A stretch of DNA of 64,000 bases, taken from a virus. The notes below the pieces were generated by a model that saw nothing but the letters and a program-made list of their open reading frames with translations, made no database searches and was not told the origin of the DNA. Of this stretch, positions 1 to 9,468 are shown piece by piece. Both the position numbers and the translations under genes were made by a program. Position 1 is the stretch's first letter; the number at the start of each line of letters is the position of its first letter. Location: the IMG/VR virus record IMGVR_UViG_3300026183_000827; one strand, written 5' to 3'.

Positions 1-138
1 AGGTTTGCTAAACTCAGAAGGTTCAAGTTCGTGTGTAATATGACAGCAAGGTTTTATATATGCATAAGTTTCGTTGTTTATATCATATATTTTTATTCTT
101 GCGCCTTTTTCTACATATCCACAATGATTTTGTTTCAT
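1..138 (-). CDS. N-terminal fragment of a probable SPASM/twitch radical SAM protein (runs off the window)
   Basis: Not in the ORF track. ATG at 138-136 overlaps the TGA of 135..1121 (ATGA coupling). The frame is open to base 1: MKQNHCGYVEKGARIKIYDINNETYAYIKPCCHITH..., with a C..KPCC pattern like the N-terminal Cys clusters of the neighbouring radical SAM proteins. Confidence 0.55.
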   Translation of the reverse strand, partial: MKQNHCGYVEKGARIKIYDINNETYAYIKPCCHITHELEPSEFSKP

Positions 139-1121
139 AATTGTCTAGCCTTGAGTAGTTTGATTTTTTCTATTGAGTTTACAATGCGTTTATTGTAATA
201 AATATGTTGTTTTTTAATCGAATCAAAATCTAATCCAAAAACACTTTTTACTAAATTCCAAAAAATTCTATTATTTTTGTCATCTCCTAACATATCTACT
301 TGTACCTTAGAGTAGTTCTCTTTATAAATTTTGTAAACTTTTTCAATAAGTTTTTTGTTTGCAAATTCTTCATGTAATGTTATAATAAAAAATACGTTTT
401 TTTCTAATAATTTTTCATATAGTGCAGACGGAGCAGTTCCGTTACTATTGATAGTAATATGACTAAACCCATATTCATAACATAAATCAACTAATTTTAT
501 CAATTCTTTACTAAGTGTAGGTTCGCCACCAGTTATTATTAGATTAAGTTTGTAATTTGACATAGATTTAAATTCCAAACACTCAAATAATTTTTTTATT
601 TTTTCTAAACTTAAAAAGTTACCATAATTATTATGAACAAACGGACTACAGTATATACAATCATAGTTACATCTTTTTGTATAGTCTAATGTCAAAGTAA
701 AATCTAAATTTTTGTTGGCTCCTCCTAGTGCAATTACTTCATCTTTTTTTGTTAAACTAGATAAAGTAGTATAATCTTGAACGCTATTAGCTTTCTCGAC
801 AAATAAATCATATGTTTCTTGATCAATGGATTTATATGCTAACAAATCGCTTCCGCAAGAACAAATCGAAATCCTACAATTATTACTTGCATTATGTAAT
901 AAATTTTTTATTTCATCAAATTTTGTCCACCAAGGAGATGTGTCTGTAGATATCCTTAAATTACCACAGACACCCGACATAGCATTTCCATCTACACTGA
1001 ATGACACAGCATTTTTTGCAATTGGACAAAACCAATTTTTAAACTTTATATTTCTTTTTTTTATATCACGCAAGTTAGTTTTTTTTAACACACGTTTATT
1101 TGTTAAAACTAACACTGTCAT
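135..1121 (-). CDS. Radical SAM protein with N-terminal Cys-rich (twitch/SPASM-like) domain
   Basis: CNYDCIYC (CxxxCxxC), ITGGEPTL and INSNG motifs; N-terminal CPIAK..DG...GVCG...CRISICSCGSD. Confidence 0.85.
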   Translation of the reverse strand: MTVLVLTNKRVLKKTNLRDIKKRNIKFKNWFCPIAKNAVSFSVDGNAMSGVCGNLRISTDTSPWWTKFDEIKNLLHNASNNCRISICSCGSDLLAYKSIDQETYDLFVEKANSVQDYTTLSSLTKKDEVIALGGANKNLDFTLTLDYTKRCNYDCIYCSPFVHNNYGNFLSLEKIKKLFECLEFKSMSNYKLNLIITGGEPTLSKELIKLVDLCYEYGFSHITINSNGTAPSALYEKLLEKNVFFIITLHEEFANKKLIEKVYKIYKENYSKVQVDMLGDDKNNRIFWNLVKSVFGLDFDSIKKQHIYYNKRIVNSIEKIKLLKARQL

Positions 1122-1807
1122 TTTATACCTATCCTCATAAATCTTTTATATTTAGATAAGCTAAGTTCTCCTTGATAGAACACGTTTTCCATTGGTGTTA
1201 TTTGTGCAAAATCATCTAAATTATCTACACAATTTACATGTTCAAGCAAATCAAAATAATTATTGTTTTGTAATATTACAAGTGTTCCTATCGGAATATT
1301 ATTATACCATTCTTTAAATTTATCTGTAAAAATGTGTTCACAACTAGTGTTGATAATAGTATTAGGCATATCTATTAAATTTTGCGAACTACCGTCAGAT
1401 CTATAAGTTGTATATTCAGTAGGGTACTCCATTTCTAAAATATCAAGTGTACTTGCTTTGAATTGCCAGTTGTCCATAACCCACGGTTTATTAATAGTGT
1501 CAGCAATTGGCGCACAAGTTTTATCTATATCAAAACTACGAATTTTATCAAACTTATCTCTAGCACGTTCGAACATCATACTAGCTAATGTGCCGTACCA
1601 ACCTGCGCATATAAAAACTGTTCCTAAATTATCTGGAAGATTTTCTACTAGCCACTCTTTACTTTTTAATTGCCCTAAACTATAAGCATCAACTAACGCA
1701 ACTTCGCACTCAGGAAACTTATTTAATGTTCTTTTCATCTGACCAATAGTATTATTGCCAGGATAAAGGTGTTCTAAACCATTTAAAAGATTAGCTGTAT
1801 TGCTCAT
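1118..1807 (-). CDS. Class I SAM-dependent methyltransferase-like protein
   Basis: Gly-rich AGWYGTLA, acidic SFDID and INTSCEH motifs in Rossmann methyltransferase order. Confidence 0.6.
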   Translation of the reverse strand: MSNTANLLNGLEHLYPGNNTIGQMKRTLNKFPECEVALVDAYSLGQLKSKEWLVENLPDNLGTVFICAGWYGTLASMMFERARDKFDKIRSFDIDKTCAPIADTINKPWVMDNWQFKASTLDILEMEYPTEYTTYRSDGSSQNLIDMPNTIINTSCEHIFTDKFKEWYNNIPIGTLVILQNNNYFDLLEHVNCVDNLDDFAQITPMENVFYQGELSLSKYKRFMRIGIK

Positions 1808-2465
1808 TAAACTGCTCCTTTAGCCAATCAAAATTATTTATTAACTTAAGATCATCGCGATTAGAAAGGCCAAACTCACGGCCAGCCCTAGCACCGGCAA
1901 GAGCATAGGAACCATAAGGTCTGTCTTCTCCGACTGTACACCACGTTTCAAGTCTTTGTTCTGTTTCATCATTTTTCTGCCTATCAATTATTTTGCTGCT
2001 AAGTTTAGCACATTCTCTAAATGCACTTTTCCAAGTATTAAATGGGTCAGTATTAAATGCTGTTACGTTTGCAACTTCGTGAACTGCTTTAAATTTTGAA
2101 CTAATACTAGTAGTCATATCAGGCTTACTAGTATCCATATTAATAGTCAGTCTACGAGGAAGTAATTTTATTCCACCATATCCGTATACTAAATCATTAA
2201 TAGGATTTTGACTGCGCCAAACATGTACGGTTTCTAAATTGTATTCATCAACTTCATAATCAAAATTAAAATCATCAACTATTAATGCATCAGCATCAAC
2301 TACCCAAAACATTTTAGTAAAACATTTTTTAGCTGCGGCAATATGTGCTTGATGTATTCCTTTAACACCATCTACACGTTTTGCCATTGGAAATCTACTT
2401 TTTAATTTTTCAAAGTTTTCGTCTGCATTTGGTTCTTGATATGAAATAAAAACAATATCATACAT
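1791..2465 (-). CDS. GT-A fold (GT2-like) glycosyltransferase
   Basis: YDIVFISY N-terminal strand and VVDAD DxD motif; clear paralogue of 10875..11792. Confidence 0.7.
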   Translation of the reverse strand: MYDIVFISYQEPNADENFEKLKSRFPMAKRVDGVKGIHQAHIAAAKKCFTKMFWVVDADALIVDDFNFDYEVDEYNLETVHVWRSQNPINDLVYGYGGIKLLPRRLTINMDTSKPDMTTSISSKFKAVHEVANVTAFNTDPFNTWKSAFRECAKLSSKIIDRQKNDETEQRLETWCTVGEDRPYGSYALAGARAGREFGLSNRDDLKLINNFDWLKEQFNEQYS

Positions 2466-3687
2466 TTCTTGTATTGCCGTAATAGATAACTTTACTTACA
2501 TTAGATACAAAACTGCGCCAAGGATCTACAACTATACTGCCTGCAGGCACAACACAATAAAGTGTGTCAGTGTCATCGCCTTCCATTTTCATATACTTGT
2601 AAGTTGTACTAGCACTATGAGCTAATAACATTACACAAGGCCCGTTTGGTTCGTTATTGTCTCCAGTTAATGGATCAATATACGTAGGAGCAAATCCATG
2701 TTTTTCACAGTAGTGCCCGACTAGTAGACTATAACTACCGTCACAGTATTCTACGCCAGGCTTATACGCTTTGCCATGAATGTAAATAGGCAAGTTATGT
2801 TCGTTTGCTTGTTCTACTAGTTTGAGTGCAAGGTTTTCTGCCTGTATCTCTCTAGCATGCATTATACTGTCAAACAAGTCGTAACCTAGTCCTAGTTCTT
2901 GTGCCATATAGCGTAGTGCAATGTTATCACGTGGATGACATGCGCCGCCATCGCCCATTCCTGCTTTCATATACTGCGGGCCCATAATACGCATAGTACT
3001 TTGCGCTAGTGCATCTGTTACAACATCAACATTAATGTTGCCTTGACGTTCTGCAACATCTTGTATCATATTCACTAGTCCAATTTTAGCACTAATAAAT
3101 GTATTGTAGAATACTTTAATGCATTCACACTCGTCCCATGTACCAATTACATAACGTGGATCGTTTTCCATTACAGTTTTATAAAAGTCTACAAGTTGTT
3201 TTGCATCGCCGGTTTCGCTTCCATCTTCTGTGCCAATCATTACCATTTCTGGATTTACCATATCCCATGCTACACTGCCCATAGCAATTAAATAAGGATT
3301 GTATACAAAACGTGTGTTAGTAACTAGCTGTACAAACTCTCTGCGTGTTGTACCAGGTAACACTGTACTAATAAGAACAAGCAACTGATCTTTGTTCATA
3401 TGCTTGTTTGCTTCTTCTATAACATGTTGAACAATGCCATACCCAAAGTCTTTAGGTTCTAAATGTGCTGTAGGAGCTCTGCCGTCGTAATCTGGATCGT
3501 GAGGTGTAGGTACAGCAATAAAAACAATATCTCGATCTTTTACAACATCTTCGATTGTGTCAACTACTGTTACAAAGTTACTTGTTCTAGGTGCAATATC
3601 GTATCCAGATACATTATGGCCTTTTTGTACAATAGCTTCTGCACATGGCATGCCAAGTTTACCTACACCGATAAAACCGATATTCAT
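2458..3687 (-). CDS. UDP-glucose/GDP-mannose 6-dehydrogenase family protein
   Basis: GVGKLG Rossmann motif, FIAVPTP, STVLPGTT, KVFYNTF, catalytic GGACHPRD and GKAYKPG. Confidence 0.92.
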   Translation of the reverse strand: MNIGFIGVGKLGMPCAEAIVQKGHNVSGYDIAPRTSNFVTVVDTIEDVVKDRDIVFIAVPTPHDPDYDGRAPTAHLEPKDFGYGIVQHVIEEANKHMNKDQLLVLISTVLPGTTRREFVQLVTNTRFVYNPYLIAMGSVAWDMVNPEMVMIGTEDGSETGDAKQLVDFYKTVMENDPRYVIGTWDECECIKVFYNTFISAKIGLVNMIQDVAERQGNINVDVVTDALAQSTMRIMGPQYMKAGMGDGGACHPRDNIALRYMAQELGLGYDLFDSIMHAREIQAENLALKLVEQANEHNLPIYIHGKAYKPGVEYCDGSYSLLVGHYCEKHGFAPTYIDPLTGDNNEPNGPCVMLLAHSASTTYKYMKMEGDDTDTLYCVVPAGSIVVDPWRSFVSNVSKVIYYGNTRNV

Positions 3688-3712
3688 TTTTTACTCCTAT
3701 AATATACGTATA

Positions 3713-4309
3713 TTATTTATTGCTAAACACAGGCATTGTAGACAGATCAGGATAATCTTTGTATGACCATTTTTTAGGTTTTGATACTATTGCGTTTTTA
3801 ATTCTATCTATGCCTAGTTGAGCAGTTTCAGGCGTCATATAATAGTGATAACCCATTTGGTGTACTTGTTGTTCTGCCCAAGGTGTATTTCTGTGTCTAC
3901 CGTCATAGCTCATTTTTATTAGTTCTGCACGATCTAACGCACTGTCACATAAAATTATTCCGCCTCTACCTAGACCCAGATGTTTTTTAAATTGAAAACT
4001 TAAACACATAAAAGTGCCTGATATGTAACTTTTCTCTCTCCATAAAACTGCTGCATCAATTATACGAGTGTTTGGAAATTGATAGTATTCATACCATTCT
4101 TCGCCTATAAAATGCCAACCAATATTTAATTTTTCTAGTGTCATTGGAACACTTAGATATGTGTTCTTTGGACAAGCTGTATGTTTTATATTCTTATAAC
4201 GCAAACATAATTCAATAGCATGTGTACAACTATCTGTTGCTACAGCATAAGGTGCGCCAAAAAAGTTTGCTACTTCATGTTCAAATTGTTCTACAACATC
4301 AAAACTCAT
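3713..4309 (-). CDS. Short DegT/DnrJ/EryC1/StrS-family PLP aminotransferase
   Basis: AVATDSCTHAIEL, IIDAA, SFQFKKHLGLGRGG (PLP lysine region) and GYHYYM; only 198 aa. Confidence 0.8.
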   Translation of the reverse strand: MSFDVVEQFEHEVANFFGAPYAVATDSCTHAIELCLRYKNIKHTACPKNTYLSVPMTLEKLNIGWHFIGEEWYEYYQFPNTRIIDAAVLWREKSYISGTFMCLSFQFKKHLGLGRGGIILCDSALDRAELIKMSYDGRHRNTPWAEQQVHQMGYHYYMTPETAQLGIDRIKNAIVSKPKKWSYKDYPDLSTMPVFSNK

Positions 4310-4911
4310 TACATTGCCTTTAACAATCTAGCAGGGGATCCTACATATATCCCTGCGGTGTCAACACTTTTAGTTAGGTTAGAAAATGCTCCAACTGTAA
4401 CATTGTCACATATGTCTATTTTGTTTATTGCACCACTTTTAAAATTAAACATACAATTCTTGCCTATGTTTGTTTTGCCAGCAATCATAGATCCACTATG
4501 GAACATACAATTATCTCCTACAGTAACATCATGACTAATCAGGCAATATGTTTCAATAAAGCAGTGTTTGCCTACTACAGCACCTTGCATAACTGTACTA
4601 AAGTTAGCAACACACGAACCTTTACCAATTACAGCACCTTCGTGTATAACAGCAGTATCATGAATATACGTTACACAATCACAGTCATGCTCGTCTAACA
4701 AATCTACTGTTTGCGCACGTTCTTGCAAGTCTAATGCAAATCCTATAAAATACTGAAAATCATCTTTGTTTTGCAATTGCTTAAATTTTTGCGGACTTAT
4801 AATGCTGCAATCTTCGTTAACAAAGTTCTTGCCGTAAAACATACTGTCTTGTGTTAGTATGCTTTGTTCGTATCCAATAATTTTAAGCGGCTTTTCATTT
4901 TTAATCAGCAT
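4309..4911 (-). CDS. Hexapeptide-repeat sugar acetyltransferase (PglD/NeuD-like)
   Basis: Left-handed beta-helix repeats (AVIHEGAVIGKG, ISHDVTVGDN) and a C-terminal YVGSPAR. Confidence 0.88.
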   Translation of the reverse strand: MLIKNEKPLKIIGYEQSILTQDSMFYGKNFVNEDCSIISPQKFKQLQNKDDFQYFIGFALDLQERAQTVDLLDEHDCDCVTYIHDTAVIHEGAVIGKGSCVANFSTVMQGAVVGKHCFIETYCLISHDVTVGDNCMFHSGSMIAGKTNIGKNCMFNFKSGAINKIDICDNVTVGAFSNLTKSVDTAGIYVGSPARLLKAM

Positions 4912-6157
4912 AGCGTATTCTCTTGTATATTTTGTTTTTAGTAATAGGTGCTTCTAGTAGACGTTCCTGCAATTCTTCTATCCATGTTTTATTATGAATT
5001 AAAACATATGCCATGTCTGCATACATGTCTTTTAATTCATCTATAGTTTTTGAATTAATCCAGTCAATTAGTTCAAATACCTTTTTCATACGTTTACTAT
5101 GATCCTGTTCTGTATCATAACTTTCGTCAAACCAATCGCTAAATGTCATGAATCCCCAAGCTCTCATGTATTCTAAATTACCTGGAGGTCCTAGCATTAT
5201 TAAAGGCTTATAGTTAAGCATAGCATTCATTATCTTTTCTGTCAAGAGTCCTGTTGGTTCTGCGTAACGTGTTTCATTAACAATAGCACAAAAACATTCT
5301 GCATACGAATCTTTAGGATTTGTGTCTATATGAATATCTATGTAATCATCTATGTTTAATTTTTCTTTTACAGGAATGTCCATACTCAAGGGTGCAAGTT
5401 CAGCTAGTTTGTTTGCTCCATTGCGTAATACATCAACACACGGTAAGTTTTCTGAGTAAGCATTATCTAGCAACACCTTTTCGTCACTGTTGTATAACCA
5501 ACTAAGATTATAACTGTCTGTGGTTTCTACTAGGTAGCTTGCTACACAATGCCTATGACTAGCATAACGCCAATTGCCGCACCAAAACTTTTTAGTAATT
5601 AAATTACCATCGTGTACGCCTTCTTGTTCACCAACATTTATTGTAGCAGGATAAATCCATCCTACAGGCGTACAGTCGATTTCAAGTTCTGGATAATGTG
5701 TTTGAAAATATTTTTTGCTGTTGTAACTAGGACTGTATACTTCTACTTTTGTTAGCCCATTGTTTTGTACATACTGCTGAATACTGTCTAGCTCTCTAGC
5801 TCTAATGTACTCTGCGTCTGTAGCAATCCAACTAGTGTAGATGCCATCCTTGTCTACTCTTGTGTCGTATGTTGACAACGGTTCCCAGAGATAAAACTTT
5901 AATCCTTTTTTATTGCATATTTCTCTGTTTTTATCAGATATTACAGCATTGCTAGATTCTAACCATTTGATTCTGTCAACACTGAAATATACAGCATAAG
6001 GATTTCCTACATTTTTAAAATATGTTTGTTGTAAATCTTTCCAAACTTCTGCCCAACCTTGTTGTAGTTGAGTTTTTAGATTTGGAAACCAGATATTTCC
6101 AAGAGATATATTACTATAAAGACCTATATCATTAGGACTAGTTAATCTTTGTTCCAT
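4901..6157 (-). CDS. Putative GT-B (GT10-like C-terminus) glycosyltransferase
   Basis: IVNET..LTEKI...KPLIMLG...L..MR.WGFMTF..WFDESYD motif; paralogue of 8203..9468. Confidence 0.55.
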   Translation of the reverse strand: MEQRLTSPNDIGLYSNISLGNIWFPNLKTQLQQGWAEVWKDLQQTYFKNVGNPYAVYFSVDRIKWLESSNAVISDKNREICNKKGLKFYLWEPLSTYDTRVDKDGIYTSWIATDAEYIRARELDSIQQYVQNNGLTKVEVYSPSYNSKKYFQTHYPELEIDCTPVGWIYPATINVGEQEGVHDGNLITKKFWCGNWRYASHRHCVASYLVETTDSYNLSWLYNSDEKVLLDNAYSENLPCVDVLRNGANKLAELAPLSMDIPVKEKLNIDDYIDIHIDTNPKDSYAECFCAIVNETRYAEPTGLLTEKIMNAMLNYKPLIMLGPPGNLEYMRAWGFMTFSDWFDESYDTEQDHSKRMKKVFELIDWINSKTIDELKDMYADMAYVLIHNKTWIEELQERLLEAPITKNKIYKRIRYAD

Positions 6158-7587
6158 TTTTCTTTTAATCCATTAAATTCAGGAAATGTTTTTTCAAAAC
6201 TTATGCTACGGCGTTTGTCGTATTCTGTAAAGAACCTAACAAAATTTTGTTGTGCTTCTGTACGTTCTTGCTCTGTAGCAAATCCTTCCTTCATAAATTC
6301 AATTGAACGTTCAAATCTAGCAATTTGATGTGGTTTAAATCCTGACCATCGTGTTTCTCGTTGTCCATCAGGATGAGCTTTCATAAACTCTAATGCTTCT
6401 TCTGCATAATGCCAATGTTCTTGTGGAGCAAGTTTTAGACTTTGCCATGCAGGATGATGTAGTGCAGGTGTATCTACAAATACACGATGATTACCATAGT
6501 ATGTTAGTTTGCCTGTAGTTTCATCTCTGCGTACTTTACGCACATTATGGGCCTTTTGTAGCGCATATATGCCCTCTAGCAAGCGTTTAATGCTAGGCAA
6601 GCTCAACATATTAAACGTAACAATAAACGTTACTAAACCGTTGTGTGTCTTTGCTAGATAGTTGTTTACGTTGTTCCATAAACGATCAAAGTCTAAACCA
6701 TCACGCATATATTCTGCTTGCGTTCCCCAGCCGTCTACACTTACATACAATCTAAATGAATTTAGTTTATTGTATTCTGTAATGAAACTCACTGTATCTA
6801 CAAAACGGTTCCAATTTTTCTCAGGGACACTTGCATTTGAAGTAATACTCATATCTAAATCAGGACGACCATTATCTACTACATAGTCTAGTACACGGAA
6901 AGTGTTCTTGTCAAGTAGTGGTTCGCCGCCTGTCATACGGAAATGTTTTAGTTTAGGATATAGGTCTGGCCACCATTTCCAAAATGCTTCTACATACGGA
7001 TTGTGTTCTCTAACAGGTATTGGGTATTGTCCTGTTTGTTTAAAGTAATCTATACTGTTGTGTGGTACTAGCGTAGGATACGGACCATTTTGCTCAATAT
7101 CTTCTGCCCACTTAGAACTTAGATGAGGTGAACAATATGAACACGCTAAATTACAAGCATGATTAAAGTTTACTTCTAAATAACGTGGCTCAATATCTCC
7201 ATCTGCACCTTTTGCAAGTACATCATCCCAACCGTCTTGCGCCCAAGGCTCTGATGAACGATAAAATCTGTCACTAAGATGATCACCTTTCATTGCTTCA
7301 ACTCGCCAACAAGTTGAACAACCTTCTGGCTTATCGCCGCATAACATTGCAGCACGTTCTTTTTTCTTTTGTGCTGTATTGTGTAGTGCTTTAAAATTTT
7401 CTTCAACTTCATCTGCATCTATTTTATGCAAAGGCGGCAAGAAACAACTATTAGTTAGACCTGTTGTTAAATGAATACTTGACCATAACCATTTAGCCAT
7501 ACACATACTAGGCGATATCTCATTAAGTAAAGGTATCACTTCTAATGCGGCTGCTTGTGGATCTGTTTCAGTTACTCTTTTAACCAT
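6142..7587 (-). CDS. Twitch-domain radical SAM protein
   Basis: CNLACSYC, MTGGEPLL and ITSN motifs; N-terminal CMAKW..NSC..CSTCW. Confidence 0.88.
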   Translation of the reverse strand: MVKRVTETDPQAAALEVIPLLNEISPSMCMAKWLWSSIHLTTGLTNSCFLPPLHKIDADEVEENFKALHNTAQKKKERAAMLCGDKPEGCSTCWRVEAMKGDHLSDRFYRSSEPWAQDGWDDVLAKGADGDIEPRYLEVNFNHACNLACSYCSPHLSSKWAEDIEQNGPYPTLVPHNSIDYFKQTGQYPIPVREHNPYVEAFWKWWPDLYPKLKHFRMTGGEPLLDKNTFRVLDYVVDNGRPDLDMSITSNASVPEKNWNRFVDTVSFITEYNKLNSFRLYVSVDGWGTQAEYMRDGLDFDRLWNNVNNYLAKTHNGLVTFIVTFNMLSLPSIKRLLEGIYALQKAHNVRKVRRDETTGKLTYYGNHRVFVDTPALHHPAWQSLKLAPQEHWHYAEEALEFMKAHPDGQRETRWSGFKPHQIARFERSIEFMKEGFATEQERTEAQQNFVRFFTEYDKRRSISFEKTFPEFNGLKEKWNKD

Positions 7588-8210
7588 GGACAGTTCTCTA
7601 ACAGATAATTTGCAAATAATTGGTGTGTTTTTGGACCTGGATGATTTTTATCTTGTGCATAATCAATACTATGATCGGCTAAACAAGTATTCAAATAATT
7701 TTCTTTGTTTATAATGTTTTTTTCGATATCTATGCCGCCTGGAGGTGCAGTGTGTAAAACTTTAGTTATATTGTTATGTTTGAGTAAAAAGTCTGCATAA
7801 TTTATGTACCAGCTAGTGGTTTTTTCATTGTTGTATGAACTATAAAACATTTTATAATACGTAGTTGATACATAGTCTTTTTTCCAAGGCCCAAGATCTA
7901 TAGATTTCATATAATTTTTTCTAAATTCATTGCCTAATATACAATCTCGTTCCATAAAACTCCATTGTAATATAACTGTGTCATCAGGTTTTATTAAATC
8001 TAAATATGTTTCTAATGCACTTAAAATCCATTTATTACTTTTTCCAGGACGGGCACAATTTTTTACTTCTTTTATATTTAAATAATCAGCAAGCAAATTA
8101 ACATATACTAATTTACTAGGTTCAGGACCTGCATTGTGCTTTCCTACTATACAATCTGCAAGTCCATGACCATATGTATAACTACACCCAAACGCAAATA
8201 ATCTAGCCAT
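7572..8210 (-). CDS. SGNH/GDSL hydrolase-like protein (possible O-acyl esterase or transferase)
   Basis: FGCSYTYG block I and DKNHPG block V. The ATG at 8210, overlapping the end of the upstream gene, is a more likely start than 8246. Confidence 0.7.
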   Translation of the reverse strand: MARLFAFGCSYTYGHGLADCIVGKHNAGPEPSKLVYVNLLADYLNIKEVKNCARPGKSNKWILSALETYLDLIKPDDTVILQWSFMERDCILGNEFRKNYMKSIDLGPWKKDYVSTTYYKMFYSSYNNEKTTSWYINYADFLLKHNNITKVLHTAPPGGIDIEKNIINKENYLNTCLADHSIDYAQDKNHPGPKTHQLFANYLLENCPWLKE

Positions 8211-9468
8211 ATAGTGCCTCCAACAGATCTTTCCTAAGATCAGCATGCATATTATTTTGTCTGTACATCCAATGATAAAAATTATGTGTCAAAATTTCAT
8301 GACAGTCACTGTATAACTTTTTCAATTCAGCATGATCCATAGAAACAATCCTGCTTATTTCTTTAAATGCAGTTTGTAACCGTTCTGTATTATCAAAAAT
8401 GTTATCATAACTTTCATCTATTATCCCATCAAAGGTTTTATATCCCAAACTTCTAAAATTTTTTAAATCATTATGAGCACCAATTAAAATAAAAGGTTGC
8501 CAATAAATTATAGGTTTAAATATTTTTTCACTAAAAAAACTTTGTCCATTGTGAGAATATGTTTCAGTAACAATATGTAACCAACTATTATAAAATTTGT
8601 CAGGTTTAGTATCTACAGTAGGATTATCATCTGCTGCATTTATTCCATCTTGATATACTAAAGGTAATTTATCTAAAAAATCCACATTAAAATTTTTCCA
8701 TATACCTGGATATAACTCTTCACAATTCTTTAAAGATGTTTCGTAATAAACAGTATTGCCGTTATCAGTTTCTTTACAGCAAGTTAATATACCATCATTA
8801 TAATAGTTATTTGTATATAAAAATTCTGACAATAATAATCTATGAGCGTGAGGACGCCTATTTAAACAAATAAATTTATGTTTTCTATTACGTTCGTACG
8901 GTTGTAATACTCGATACATAGATGCATAATCAAAAAGTGCTCTATCATTGCGCATATGTTGTTCCCACCAATTATAATAAACTGATTTGGTATTAAAGTC
9001 AGGTGTTAATATATTTCCACTACAAATAACAAAATTTTGATAATTTAAATTATACTTTTCGATAAAGATATCAATTATATTTTTAAAATGTGTATTGAAA
9101 CTCCAACCCTCCATTACATTAAGAATTAAAATTTTACATGTTCCTTTTCTAATTCTTTTTAAATGCTCAGGTTCGATATATGCAATTTCTTTCCAAGTTT
9201 TTGCTAAATTTGGATGAGGCTGAAATGGCACAGGATAATAATATTTTTTATTTTTAACTTGCTTTAAACTAGTTACTGGTTGATAAACATTTGTTGCAGG
9301 AAATCGTGTTGCTCCTAATGAAATATAAGGATCAACATGTGCATGAAATCCTTCAAGGTGTTCTTTTTTAAGTCCACTATGAAACCAATATAATGGTTCA
9401 TTAAAATCAGTTCTCTTCCATTTAGCTTCTGTTAAATCTTGTCTCGCCCAAATTAAAACTTTATCCAT
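8203..9468 (-). CDS. Putative GT-B (GT10-like C-terminus) glycosyltransferase
   Basis: FICLNRRPHAHR and IVTET..FFSEKIFKPI...QPFILIG..GYKTFDGIIDESYD motifs. Confidence 0.55.
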   Translation of the reverse strand: MDKVLIWARQDLTEAKWKRTDFNEPLYWFHSGLKKEHLEGFHAHVDPYISLGATRFPATNVYQPVTSLKQVKNKKYYYPVPFQPHPNLAKTWKEIAYIEPEHLKRIRKGTCKILILNVMEGWSFNTHFKNIIDIFIEKYNLNYQNFVICSGNILTPDFNTKSVYYNWWEQHMRNDRALFDYASMYRVLQPYERNRKHKFICLNRRPHAHRLLLSEFLYTNNYYNDGILTCCKETDNGNTVYYETSLKNCEELYPGIWKNFNVDFLDKLPLVYQDGINAADDNPTVDTKPDKFYNSWLHIVTETYSHNGQSFFSEKIFKPIIYWQPFILIGAHNDLKNFRSLGYKTFDGIIDESYDNIFDNTERLQTAFKEISRIVSMDHAELKKLYSDCHEILTHNFYHWMYRQNNMHADLRKDLLEALYG

